Below are positions 36,592 to 47,200 of a stretch of DNA of 64,000 bases, in pieces; the first letter of the stretch is position 1; the number at the start of each line of letters is the position of its first letter. This stretch comes from a virus, in the IMG/VR virus record IMGVR_UViG_3300025646_005060, positions 1-64,000 of that record; one strand, written 5' to 3'. The translations under genes and the position numbers were made by a program. The notes under the pieces were generated by a model. The model made no database searches, was not told the DNA's origin, and worked only from the letters and a program-made list of their open reading frames with translations.

Positions 36592-38094
36592 TTATGTTAA
36601 AATAATACGACGGAAGAAGTAAACTGTTTCTTTATTTCTCTTATTGAAGAGTGCTGTCTTGTAGTTGACGGCATATTCTGAATTGATCAACTGACCATAG
36701 ACATGTCCACTATTATATATCTTGGATTTAGAAGTCGATGGGTTGATGTATTTGCTGTTATATACAGAAGATGAAATTAAATTCCCTCTAGTCGTTACTC
36801 CTTTATTATAGAGGTACGCAGAGTAGAAGTAAAGTTCATATATGGATGGAAGATAATAATCTATAAATCCTTTTCTATTTCTATATCTGACAGTATTTGT
36901 AAGTGCTGTCTGTATACCGAGGAATGTAGTATTATTTCCATAGGTATTGTAGTAACCATCCCAGAGGGAGGTGTTGAAATAATCGTCTGTTTCCTTTTCC
37001 AACAAGAAAGGAACGGAATAAGCAGTTTCATCCACGATCAATGCCCATTGCTTGTCTGTTCCACCGATGGAATCGGCAGTAAATCTTCCAAGTTTTGGTT
37101 CACCGAAATTTAAATTTCCATATACGTCACTGCTACGAGAATTGAGAGGTGATGGTTTGAATATTCCAATGTATATACCACCTTGGAATTCGTCACCTGT
37201 TGTGACTCCAAGAGCATTGAAACTGGCAAGTGACATTCGTTGAACATCATATGCTCCGTTCAATGAAACTGGATCTGATGGTTGGTGAGTAGAAGTACAA
37301 TATGGATTTTCCTGATCAAGTTCCTTTACCCAATATCCATCGCAAAGTGCCTTTGGAGAAAGCGCGCACTCATACTCAAGAACTCCATCGTTATCTTCAA
37401 GTGTATAGCAAGAACCAATATCAAATCCTTCGTAGAGTTCTGTTTTTGTTGCCAGAATGGACATTGTCAAATGTTGAGCACATGAAGTATCTGTACATTT
37501 TTCTCCCACACCACCAAAAATTGAAGGGTATGCGTCAGTGCTTAACAATGAACAATCGTATGCGGTACACACATCAGAGCAAGTTAACCCAACTGGCCAA
37601 CCAGTATCGGAATCATATCCTAGATGGCAGCATCTTCTTGGAGTACGAACGTCTACATTTGTTCCTTCTATAGTTCTTAGACACAGATTTTGCCAATTGT
37701 CAGATGTCAAATCTGGACAAGCACCAGCAGTCCATTTGCCACCTTTTCTTTCACACTCGCAACGAGAAACATTTGATCTCACTCCAGATGCCAAGTATGG
37801 ATAATTTGGATTACCAGTGTCATTATAATTGGGAACAGAAGATAATTCTCCTGGAGTAACATACGCACATGAACAACAGCATCCCAATTCGGAATCTATG
37901 ATAGGGCAAGGAGTGGCATTATCTGGAATTGTATTTGGATCTATTGGAAGAAAATGACCACCTTCATTGAAGCATTCTATGAATACTTTATTGCTATATG
38001 TTCCGTCATCACTACAACATACACCAAAATCATTTAACTTTGGTGTATAGTTGATTGCTGGTTTAATTCTTGATCTGAATTGAATTGATGACAT
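36592..38094 (-). CDS. Cys-rich virion protein with DUF1566/Lcl-like C-terminal domain
   Basis: GxCC repeats; GDEFQGGIYIG, WALIV, YYLPSIYEL and FFRRI. Confidence 0.65.
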   Translation of the reverse strand: MSSIQFRSRIKPAINYTPKLNDFGVCCSDDGTYSNKVFIECFNEGGHFLPIDPNTIPDNATPCPIIDSELGCCCSCAYVTPGELSSVPNYNDTGNPNYPYLASGVRSNVSRCECERKGGKWTAGACPDLTSDNWQNLCLRTIEGTNVDVRTPRRCCHLGYDSDTGWPVGLTCSDVCTAYDCSLLSTDAYPSIFGGVGEKCTDTSCAQHLTMSILATKTELYEGFDIGSCYTLEDNDGVLEYECALSPKALCDGYWVKELDQENPYCTSTHQPSDPVSLNGAYDVQRMSLASFNALGVTTGDEFQGGIYIGIFKPSPLNSRSSDVYGNLNFGEPKLGRFTADSIGGTDKQWALIVDETAYSVPFLLEKETDDYFNTSLWDGYYNTYGNNTTFLGIQTALTNTVRYRNRKGFIDYYLPSIYELYFYSAYLYNKGVTTRGNLISSSVYNSKYINPSTSKSKIYNSGHVYGQLINSEYAVNYKTALFNKRNKETVYFFRRIILT

Positions 38095-41000
38095 TTATGA
38101 CTCTTCGCAAAGTTCGTATTCATCGCAACCAGTATCACAGAGAATAGGAATACACACTTCCTCATTATTTAGGACAATTTTAACGTTAAGCAATGTTTGA
38201 TTCGTGGATTCGTCTGGTAAGAAGTTAGAAATTCCGCAACCTATGACTTTAAACGATGGGCATATTTCTGCGGGTATGCCAAGTTGTTGACACTCATTCC
38301 ATATACAAGGATCACTAAATCCAACACAAGATTCCTTACATGGATCGTATTGTTCTATTGAACATACAGATTCTCCTTGAGAATTTGTTATACATGAACC
38401 ATAATCAATTACAAATCCACCACCACCAGATCCATATCCAGGTGGTTGTTCTCCAGAAGATACGCAATTATCTGGATTATTGTCTGCTGCGTCTGTTCCT
38501 GTGCCTTCAACGGCACATGAATTTAATTGACACAATGATTGTTGATCGCATGGACAGCATGAATTAAAAGTAACATCACTTAATGGATAACAAGTATGAG
38601 TTCTTAAGTATGAATTGAATACATTATCGTCTATGTTTGCACAAAGTTGATTAAATTGATCTTGACCTCCTGGTAGTTTTGATATCACATCGGCACAATC
38701 TAGACATGTACATGGATACAGTGACTGAGAACATCCTCCACTTTGTTGTTGTCTCTGTCTATAACAACAAACTGCTAAATTGTAGATATCAGTTGCTCTT
38801 AATTTATTTGATCCCTCGGTATTATTACACACGTTGAATGTGCTACAACTTACTGGAGGTTTTCCAGATACTGTACATATTCCTCTTTTTACAGTATTTT
38901 GGGACAACTGATTATTGCTAGGATTGTAACGACACCAATTATATTCAACGCAGCAGCAATTCTGCGTAAAATCTGTACATGGTTCCTCACCACCACCGCC
39001 GCCGCCTCCACCTCCGCCACCACCGCCGTCATCATCATCGTCACCGTCAGTACCGCCACCGCCACCGCCACCGCCACCGCCGCCATCGCCATCGCATCCT
39101 GGTGGTGGATTTGGACCATTACATGGATCTTCTTCGCATCCTGGTGGTGGATTTGGACAAGAGCAAGGATCTCCTTCACATGGTGTACACCAGTCTGGTG
39201 GATTGTCAGCTGCACAAAGGCAGGATCTTGGATCTTCTCTACATGCATCACAATCAGTTCCTCCACCTGGACAGCAATCATCTACGCAACACCATTCTGG
39301 AGGATTTGGTAAATCACATGGTCCTGGACGTGGACATACTGGACAACCTGGACCAGCATTACATTGATTGCATGGTGGAGAACGATCACAAGGAGCATTT
39401 GTTGCAACCCAATTGCAATTCTTTCCAGGATAAAACAATCCATAAACACAGTCGGTAGCAAAAATGTTATCTACGCAACGATCATTCAAATAATCGCAAC
39501 ACGCTCCGATTGGATTTTCAGCACATACACAACCACAACTTACTTCTTCACACACACTTCCTGGTCCCATGAATGCAGTTTTTAAATTTGTGTATTGGTT
39601 ATTAGTATAATTTTTACATTCGGTTGGTGTTAAATTGGGTAGACAGAATGTGGTAACAAGTTGTCCCTGACTGTCTTCAGCGCATACACAACAAGCACCT
39701 TTTACTTCTGTCAATTCACAACAGTTAAAGTCTTCACATGATGCTGCATTTATTGATTTTCCACCAAGAACCAATTCACATTGAACTCTTGTATAGTTTC
39801 CAAGACATACTCCATCTTTACAACAAATGGCATAGTCTCCTTCTGCGTGACAATGATCATAACAGAATCTTCCATCTGCCTTTAGTTGTTCCTCTGTAAG
39901 AACTTCACCCTGTGGATCTGCAACGTAGTTCGTTCCTGTGGGATTGTAATCTCCACAATCAACATTAGACCAGAACTTGCCACCAAATTGCTGACAGAGT
40001 GTCACCGAAACACCAGCAACACAGTCTCCATTCGCGCAACAAATTGAATTGGCATCTCCGCATGAAGATTCACAAGTAGTCGCTGGTCTGAATGTTCCAA
40101 AGAGAAGATCACAAGTTCTTGAATCTGTATAGTCTAAACAATTCAAAGTTCCATCGGTACTTGTGTAGCAACAAGATCCAAGAGCAAACCCAGGAATACA
40201 TTGTCTTTTTGTGTTGTTAATTCCTTGACCACGATGAGAAGGAACTGCCAACCATGTATTTCCAGCATCATATGAAATGATACCGATTATATTGTTACCA
40301 CACGAAAGATAATTTTCACTTGATTCAAAGTAGATATTCTGTGGAAACTTCCAGACATTATCTGAATCTATCTTGAGAGTCAGTGCAACAATTTCGCCTT
40401 GCTTAAACGTTCCCGTGATTCCAGCAATTCCAATTGGTGTCTTTATGTCAAACAGACCACCAGCATTTGAATCAAGATAGATTCCACTTGTGGTTCCTAC
40501 ACCACCAATTGCTGGTGTTCCTGTATACCCGACAAAATCTCCCTGACGAACTGGACCGACCGTGAGAATTCTTGCTCCAGCATTCAAATGACGAATGATC
40601 TCATCGCTGAAGAAATCAAAAGCACCACAGTATCCATTTGAACCATTCTCAGTTGATTGTTCTAGATTTGCTCCTTCTACCAGATCTGGATTTGCCAGAT
40701 ATAGAGCTTCATTTGTAGAAATTTCAAGAGGATCGTAATCGCCTAATACATCAGATCCCCAATAGATCGTATCAATTGAAATATATTCATTGTCGTCTCC
40801 AGCATAGGAAACACGAAGAGAACCATAGGCACAGATTCCACGAATGTTGAATGTTCCACCAACAATATTGTAGAGAAGTGCGGATCCAGAATACCCTGGA
40901 GTATTTGCTCCTGTGACTGCTCCTGCTGTCTTGTCTGCGGTGGTTGCTCCCTTGAAAGTTCCTTGAATGTCAAAGGTAGTTCCATCCGAAAGAGTAATCA

Positions 41001-41169
41001 GAATGTTATTTCCAGATGCTTCGTAATTCGCGTAGTAAACACCAAGTGGACCGATTGCTCCTGTGTTTCCAGTTTCTCCTGGATTGCCAGTTTCACCTGA
41101 ATTTCCAGTAGGACCAATAGGACCAGATGGTCCCTCTACTACGAATTTGATTATAGCACTGCTACTCAT
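38095..41169 (-). CDS. Cys-rich fibre-like protein with N-terminal collagen segment and poly-Gly tracts
   Basis: 10-11 GXY triplets, GxCC repeats, PNPP repeats and poly-G/D linker. Confidence 0.7.
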   Translation of the reverse strand: MSSSAIIKFVVEGPSGPIGPTGNSGETGNPGETGNTGAIGPLGVYYANYEASGNNILITLSDGTTFDIQGTFKGATTADKTAGAVTGANTPGYSGSALLYNIVGGTFNIRGICAYGSLRVSYAGDDNEYISIDTIYWGSDVLGDYDPLEISTNEALYLANPDLVEGANLEQSTENGSNGYCGAFDFFSDEIIRHLNAGARILTVGPVRQGDFVGYTGTPAIGGVGTTSGIYLDSNAGGLFDIKTPIGIAGITGTFKQGEIVALTLKIDSDNVWKFPQNIYFESSENYLSCGNNIIGIISYDAGNTWLAVPSHRGQGINNTKRQCIPGFALGSCCYTSTDGTLNCLDYTDSRTCDLLFGTFRPATTCESSCGDANSICCANGDCVAGVSVTLCQQFGGKFWSNVDCGDYNPTGTNYVADPQGEVLTEEQLKADGRFCYDHCHAEGDYAICCKDGVCLGNYTRVQCELVLGGKSINAASCEDFNCCELTEVKGACCVCAEDSQGQLVTTFCLPNLTPTECKNYTNNQYTNLKTAFMGPGSVCEEVSCGCVCAENPIGACCDYLNDRCVDNIFATDCVYGLFYPGKNCNWVATNAPCDRSPPCNQCNAGPGCPVCPRPGPCDLPNPPEWCCVDDCCPGGGTDCDACREDPRSCLCAADNPPDWCTPCEGDPCSCPNPPPGCEEDPCNGPNPPPGCDGDGGGGGGGGGGGTDGDDDDDGGGGGGGGGGGGGEEPCTDFTQNCCCVEYNWCRYNPSNNQLSQNTVKRGICTVSGKPPVSCSTFNVCNNTEGSNKLRATDIYNLAVCCYRQRQQQSGGCSQSLYPCTCLDCADVISKLPGGQDQFNQLCANIDDNVFNSYLRTHTCYPLSDVTFNSCCPCDQQSLCQLNSCAVEGTGTDAADNNPDNCVSSGEQPPGYGSGGGGFVIDYGSCITNSQGESVCSIEQYDPCKESCVGFSDPCIWNECQQLGIPAEICPSFKVIGCGISNFLPDESTNQTLLNVKIVLNNEEVCIPILCDTGCDEYELCEES
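38989..39090. repeat. GC-rich (CCR)n trinucleotide repeats encoding poly-Gly around a poly-Asp run
   Basis: ccaccaccgccgccg... runs. Confidence 0.9.
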
Positions 41170-44100
41170 TCACACATTCCTTCTTCTACATCAAGACATG
41201 CTGGACAACCAGTTGCTCCACCAGTCCAATAGTTATTTAGAATATTTTCGTTCCATCGGAAGTTAGAACATGTGACTACAATTGGAATTCTTCTCACTGG
41301 TCTAAAGTTTGCGACTCTGGCATTTCTGTTTCTGCTTTGCATTCTTCCCAAAATGATGGGTGCATTATTTTCGTCTTCCCAGTTGAAAGTCTGAGTCAGC
41401 ATGTTTTGACCATTGGCAACTGCCATTGTGAACTTATAAGCATCATCTTCGTCAAGACCGAATGAATTGTCACTTGTCAATCTTGTAGATGCCAAGTATG
41501 GTTCTACTGTAGAATCAATTGCTTCCAGTTGATACTTGTCCTTATTTAGAGGATCAAATTGGTCCCAACCAGTAAGTCTAGTAACACTGGTAGAACTCCA
41601 GTATTCTTCCCCTGCCATGATTTGAGCATCATCGGCAAATAATCTACCATTAAGTTCATCCTTGACATTGTATATGTAATTCAATTCCGTGATGCTTGGA
41701 ACATACCAGTCGTTGTGACCATATGATCCAGTTTCATTGAGAATAGAAACCTGACGAATTACAGAGTCGAGTGGATTGTGGTCATTCCACATATCTGTGT
41801 ATGCTTGCTTAAATGCGTTCTTATTATTATTGATCACATCTGGATCTACAGATGAATCCCATGCTGGACCATTTCCAAAAGAGAAACGCATGTATGCCTT
41901 TGGATCTGAATTCGTTCCTCTAAACCAGAGTTCTGGTTTTTGCTTTGAAGACGAATCATGTAGACGAGTGGTGAGTAATCCATCAACTGGATATGTGGCA
42001 ACGCCTTCAACATTTACTTCAGTTGGAACTCCATTGTCATCTGGAATATGAGTACCCTGCATCATGCCCCAACTCAACTTGCGATTTGATGTGGCATCAA
42101 ATGTTGTGTCTCCAGATGTGATGAGTGGTTCTACTTCAACATCCTCTGGAGCAACAATCAATGCCCACATGATGTGAATATCGTTCGCACCATATACTTG
42201 CTCTGCGAGGTAACGATAAGTACCCTGACCAGATCCTACAAAGTATTCAACCGACAATCCAGATCCAACTAGACTATATGCGAATGTTCCTCTGAAAGTA
42301 GAATAGTTGACTCCACCTTCGAACATCGTATCCGAAGGCCATTCAATTCCTTTATATTCGAGCAACTGCTGTACAAACGGAACACCTGCTTTGAGCAGAC
42401 ATCTTGAATCCTTGGAGTTCTTTGGAAGAATACGAGGGTATGTTCTTGAGAAATATTCAACGCACGAATTGTTGGAATTTGGAACATGCGATCTACATGT
42501 TTTTAGATACCAATTTGGAACATTGTATATTTCACCTCTTGGGAAAATTCTACACTCAAGAGGTTGTCCATATGCGGTATTTGGTTCATTGAACGAGTCG
42601 CATGGATTTGGAGATCCAATGAATCCAATGAAGTATCCTCCACCGATCTTAGTTCCGACTGGAAGACACGAATATGTTTGTGTTTCCGTGGTCTTACATG
42701 AATTGGCAAACTGCCCTCTAAAGTAATCGTCACTGTATGCCGAACCAGAACCACAGCATGAAACTTCGGTACAAGTTGTTCCGACTCCTTGGAATATACC
42801 ATTGTTATTTGTGCATTGTACAGGAGTTACGTTGTCTACACATGTTCCATTTTGGCAACAAGCACCTACACGATCAACTCCAATTAAACAGCATATAGAG
42901 TCGGATGTTTCGGACTCGCATGTACCACCAGCAACAAATGTAGAGTTCGCAATGGAAGCACAGTCTGCTCTTGAAAGACTAAAGCATCTTCCTTGAACAC
43001 AACATCTTCCCAGTTCTGCGGAACCTACATTACACAGATTCGTTGGACATTCAAATATCAATCCATTATTCCAGACATTGTTACACGACTTTCCTAGATT
43101 GAAAATTCCAGAGAACTGAGCACATCTTTCTTCTGTGGTGTTGATACACTTCGTCTGTTGTGTATCAGAGTCATAGACGCAGCAAGCACCCTCTGTGAAG
43201 CAGTCTGAACTGGTAGAACGGTTCACACACGATTGATTGCTGAACGACCCTGATATTGCTTCACAGAATTCACGCGAGGTGTAGTCAAGGCATATATTCT
43301 GTCCTTGAGAAATTGCGTTACAATAGCAGCAAGATCCTATATTTGTTCTTGAGAAGTTCTGAGGATTGAAAGTATTTGTATAAGACAATCCAGAACTTTG
43401 AATGAATGAAATATATTCAAGATTCTCTGCTGTGTATCCAAGTATGATCTTTGAATTGTATGCTATATCTCCTGGTCTTTGAAGATATGTTGAATCATTT
43501 GAATTGAAGATTATATCTGGAGACAGAACATTTTGTACAAATGAAGTTCCATATGTGGCACTTGTAACACCACCATAATCATTGAATGCTACTGGATTGA
43601 ATGTAGTTTCAAATGTTTGAGTACTTTCATATGTCCAGTTTTTATTATTTACAATTGCTTCTCTTGATATGTTCTGATCAATTATGAGTTGCTTCTCGTC
43701 TGGAACCCATTTGGTGTTTGGTGCTGCTCCTGCTTTGAGATTTCCAATGCCAAACCCTGCATTTCCACTGACATATAGAAGTTCTCCAGTATTTCCATAT
43801 ACCGTGTTTTCGTCCTCGACAGTAGCACCGTATATGTAAAGAGTATTGAGATCATAACTGATACCGACAAATGGTCCATTGGTAACTGGAACTGGAGTCT
43901 GTCCAGCAATTGTGAGTGCCTTGAATGTTACTCCTTGTCCATATGCAATTTCATTGACTTGTGTGTTTTGCTGAACTATGTTCGTGGAACGAAGCGTTGC
44001 CTCGGTTGCCAGACCTTGAATTCTATATCTTTCGGTTCCAGAAGAAGCACCAGCATCTCCTTGAAGATTATCAAATGTAAATGCCGTAGATCCTTCAATT

Positions 44101-44297
44101 ATAAATTCAATGTAAGTGGTGGTTCCAGTGACACCAGTAACACTTGCTCCAGTTGGTCCAGTAGATCCATCGTTTCCAGTAGAACCAGTGGCGCCAGTCG
44201 GACCTGTATTTCCAGTAAAACCAGTTGGTCCCTGTGTTGCTCCAGGGACATTCTGATTTTTAATGAACTGTTGTATTCTTGATGAACCGTATATCAT
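41166..44297 (-). CDS. Cys-rich fibre-like protein: collagen segment + GxCC repeats + DUF1566/Lcl-like domain
   Basis: GPTGFTGNT..., GACC repeats, GGGYFIG, WALIVAPE, DWYVPSITEL, YWSST and FRPVRRI. Confidence 0.75.
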   Translation of the reverse strand: MIYGSSRIQQFIKNQNVPGATQGPTGFTGNTGPTGATGSTGNDGSTGPTGASVTGVTGTTTYIEFIIEGSTAFTFDNLQGDAGASSGTERYRIQGLATEATLRSTNIVQQNTQVNEIAYGQGVTFKALTIAGQTPVPVTNGPFVGISYDLNTLYIYGATVEDENTVYGNTGELLYVSGNAGFGIGNLKAGAAPNTKWVPDEKQLIIDQNISREAIVNNKNWTYESTQTFETTFNPVAFNDYGGVTSATYGTSFVQNVLSPDIIFNSNDSTYLQRPGDIAYNSKIILGYTAENLEYISFIQSSGLSYTNTFNPQNFSRTNIGSCCYCNAISQGQNICLDYTSREFCEAISGSFSNQSCVNRSTSSDCFTEGACCVYDSDTQQTKCINTTEERCAQFSGIFNLGKSCNNVWNNGLIFECPTNLCNVGSAELGRCCVQGRCFSLSRADCASIANSTFVAGGTCESETSDSICCLIGVDRVGACCQNGTCVDNVTPVQCTNNNGIFQGVGTTCTEVSCCGSGSAYSDDYFRGQFANSCKTTETQTYSCLPVGTKIGGGYFIGFIGSPNPCDSFNEPNTAYGQPLECRIFPRGEIYNVPNWYLKTCRSHVPNSNNSCVEYFSRTYPRILPKNSKDSRCLLKAGVPFVQQLLEYKGIEWPSDTMFEGGVNYSTFRGTFAYSLVGSGLSVEYFVGSGQGTYRYLAEQVYGANDIHIMWALIVAPEDVEVEPLITSGDTTFDATSNRKLSWGMMQGTHIPDDNGVPTEVNVEGVATYPVDGLLTTRLHDSSSKQKPELWFRGTNSDPKAYMRFSFGNGPAWDSSVDPDVINNNKNAFKQAYTDMWNDHNPLDSVIRQVSILNETGSYGHNDWYVPSITELNYIYNVKDELNGRLFADDAQIMAGEEYWSSTSVTRLTGWDQFDPLNKDKYQLEAIDSTVEPYLASTRLTSDNSFGLDEDDAYKFTMAVANGQNMLTQTFNWEDENNAPIILGRMQSRNRNARVANFRPVRRIPIVVTCSNFRWNENILNNYWTGGATGCPACLDVEEGMCE

Positions 44298-47200
44298 AAC
44301 ATTGGATTATCTGTTGGGTTATAATTTTTGTAAATATCACTCTCGGGATCGGGAGAATTGTTGTACAATTCTTGTGTATTTATTTTATTAGGAAGAGTTC
44401 CAGATTTTGTACTAGTTGTTCCGCTCGTAATTAAAGCATCGCTGAATCTTGGAACAAACCAAGTGGCATTTCTAATTAAATCTGGATCTGCATTTTTATA
44501 AAATTGTTCATCACAACGAATTATACGAATTGGTCTTAATTCTGCTTCAAATGTAAAGTTATCCTTTTTAGCAATTTTAACATTCGTTGCTAGACTATTT
44601 GGATTCATATTAATTGCCCATGCCTTTGTCATTCTGTCAGTGACACCATTTGAATTTGATGGATTTTGAGTTTCATCTGTTATTGGAGCACCAGTTCCAT
44701 CCTGTAAATATTGATTTTCATCTATGATTGTAGAAAAAGGTACAGCTCCAAATGCAGCAGTCGAAGACCATACCCAAGAATTAGAACCACCACCAGATGC
44801 TGCTCCAATCGCCAATCCACCTGTTTCTGTGATACGAGTATTTAATGGAGTTTCTCCTGGTGGTGCATTTCTAGTTTTGTATGCTATATACGCCAATTCG
44901 TCAATTGAAGGAATAAACCATCTACTCACCTGATAAAAACCAGTAGCACCTTCAACTTGGGTTGAAATATTTCCGTACCAATCCTGATATGTTCCATCTG
45001 GGTCATTTCCTTGAAGATTGAATTGGGGTCCAAGTGGAAGAGAATATGTAAATCCTCCTTGAACTAAGGTTTGACTGTCTCCTGAGAAATTTCTTCTAGT
45101 TTTATAATTACCAGGATAGCAAGCTCCCAATTTATCTACTGGATAATAATAATTATTAAATACAGACAGTCCTTCTGCTAAACATGTTTTCATTATTGTT
45201 TGAGATTGATCGATTGTTGCACTAATTTCATTAGTTAAAGGATAGTCATAATAAGTTTGAGGATCCCCTCCGTCGTTTGGTCCATATTGTTGATATAAAT
45301 TAGAATAATAACTAGAATATGGTGAACTTGTAGTTACTGTATTTGATCCACCAGATGCTATTGGTCCAAGGAAACTTTCTATTGCAAATCCTGCTCCCAG
45401 TCTGCAAGAATTCATAAGACCATTGTTCAATGACCATCTTCCTGATGCTCTAAGATATTTAAATCCATTTGAAATTAATCTACCAAGCGGAGAAGATTCA
45501 CAATCTTCTGTGCATAAAATACTTTCTCCCGAAGGACAACTGATAAATGTATTGTTTATTCCTGCATCATACTTTGTAGTTTGATTTCCAAATGCGCCGT
45601 CACTGTAAAGATAATTACCAAAACTTGCCAATATTGGAGTAGTTGAAGTACAGTTGTCAGGTGAAACCGCATCGAAGGCAACGTTTAGATTGTCGGGTAA
45701 GTAAGGAGCAAATGAAGCAGTTGCTCCATGACCCCATATAAATGTTTTTACATAATTATATTTAAATAATGTATTTATACTGTCGTCTGTAAGTGAAATA
45801 AAGTTATAATAATCATTTCTCCATCCAACATTGTCGTATGGTATTATACCAGTTATATAATCCGCAGTCATTACAGTTGCTGGATTTTTGGTGATTAAGT
45901 CGATTTGACTTCTTTGTTTGCCAAATCGTTTAGTGCCTGCTGAATTTATATCAGCATCAATTGTATCAGTATCGTAATTTTGACGCATGAATACTTTTTG
46001 TCTAAACATTACTGGATATTTTGACACGATGATTATGTATTTGTCTTGATCTTGATTTTGAGAATATGGTGCTACTACTGGGAATCCATATCCCTGTGGA
46101 TCAAATGATGAATTATAAATTTCACAACTAGCACCATTTGTGCTGTTTACGGCAGTTATTTCAGGATAAACATTATCAATGTATCCATTTGCATTTGGAT
46201 TTGGATTTGGAAAAAAGACAGAAGTAGTTGATGTGACTTTTCCACCCAGCAAGGCTGCCGCTTTCAATTCTTGAGCATTGACATTGGGAAAAGCGGATTC
46301 TAAGCCATTTACAGTATTGCTAAAAATTTCAAATTGTTTAGCACCATGATATGGATATCCAAAGCAAGTAGCACCATTTGGATTGAAAACTCCAACAACA
46401 ATTCCACCAGCAAATTCGGAACCATACGTCAAAGGAAGTTGAGATCCATATGGCACTTCTGGATTTTCAAAATTACCGTATCTGTTGACATACCATGGGC
46501 CAACATCGTCGTTTGATTTACATATGTTTGGAAGAAGAGCATCGATGGTTTCGTCTGTACATGTGTAAACATTTTCATTACACACAACACCGCATCCATA
46601 AAACTTTTTCAAAGAACCATTACAATTGCCATATGTTTGATCAGTACATGTGCCATCATCATTGTTACAGCATCCACCAGTTCCAGTTGTGCATATGTCT
46701 ACTGTAGTAGATCCATCCGAATACGAGCAAACAGATCCTAGTCCTTGCCAATATCCAGTACATTGAGATTGTTGTAGATTTTCTGTGCAAACTCCAGTAC
46801 CGTTGCAACATGCTCCTCTGTTACCAAACGCCGCATTACAGTTAATAGAATTTACATTCTTTCGGCAATCTGTAATTTCTGTCCATATGAACCTGCTGTT
46901 AATATCTTCTACTAGTTCGGAACAATCACAGAGTTTCAGAGGAACTTGCCATTTTTGCACAACGTTTTCAGAATCCAAGTAGCAACACACACCTAACGAT
47001 GCGTCTTGATCTGTAGAGCATAACGGAGATCCAAGAGTTCCACCTTCAATGAAAACACCATCTGTGCAATTTCCTTGCATACCTTCAAAAGATCCACCAT
47101 CAAGACATGCTCTACAGCAAAGACCAGGAACCGAATTCCAGTTTTCTTGACAATCCTCACAAGTCAATTCAGATTGACCACTACATTGTGATGCTTTAAT

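Noticed and set aside
38889-39458. His/Arg-rich and Ala/Thr-rich ORFs overlapping the poly-Gly region
   Set aside because: Off-frame and antisense readings of the triplet repeats
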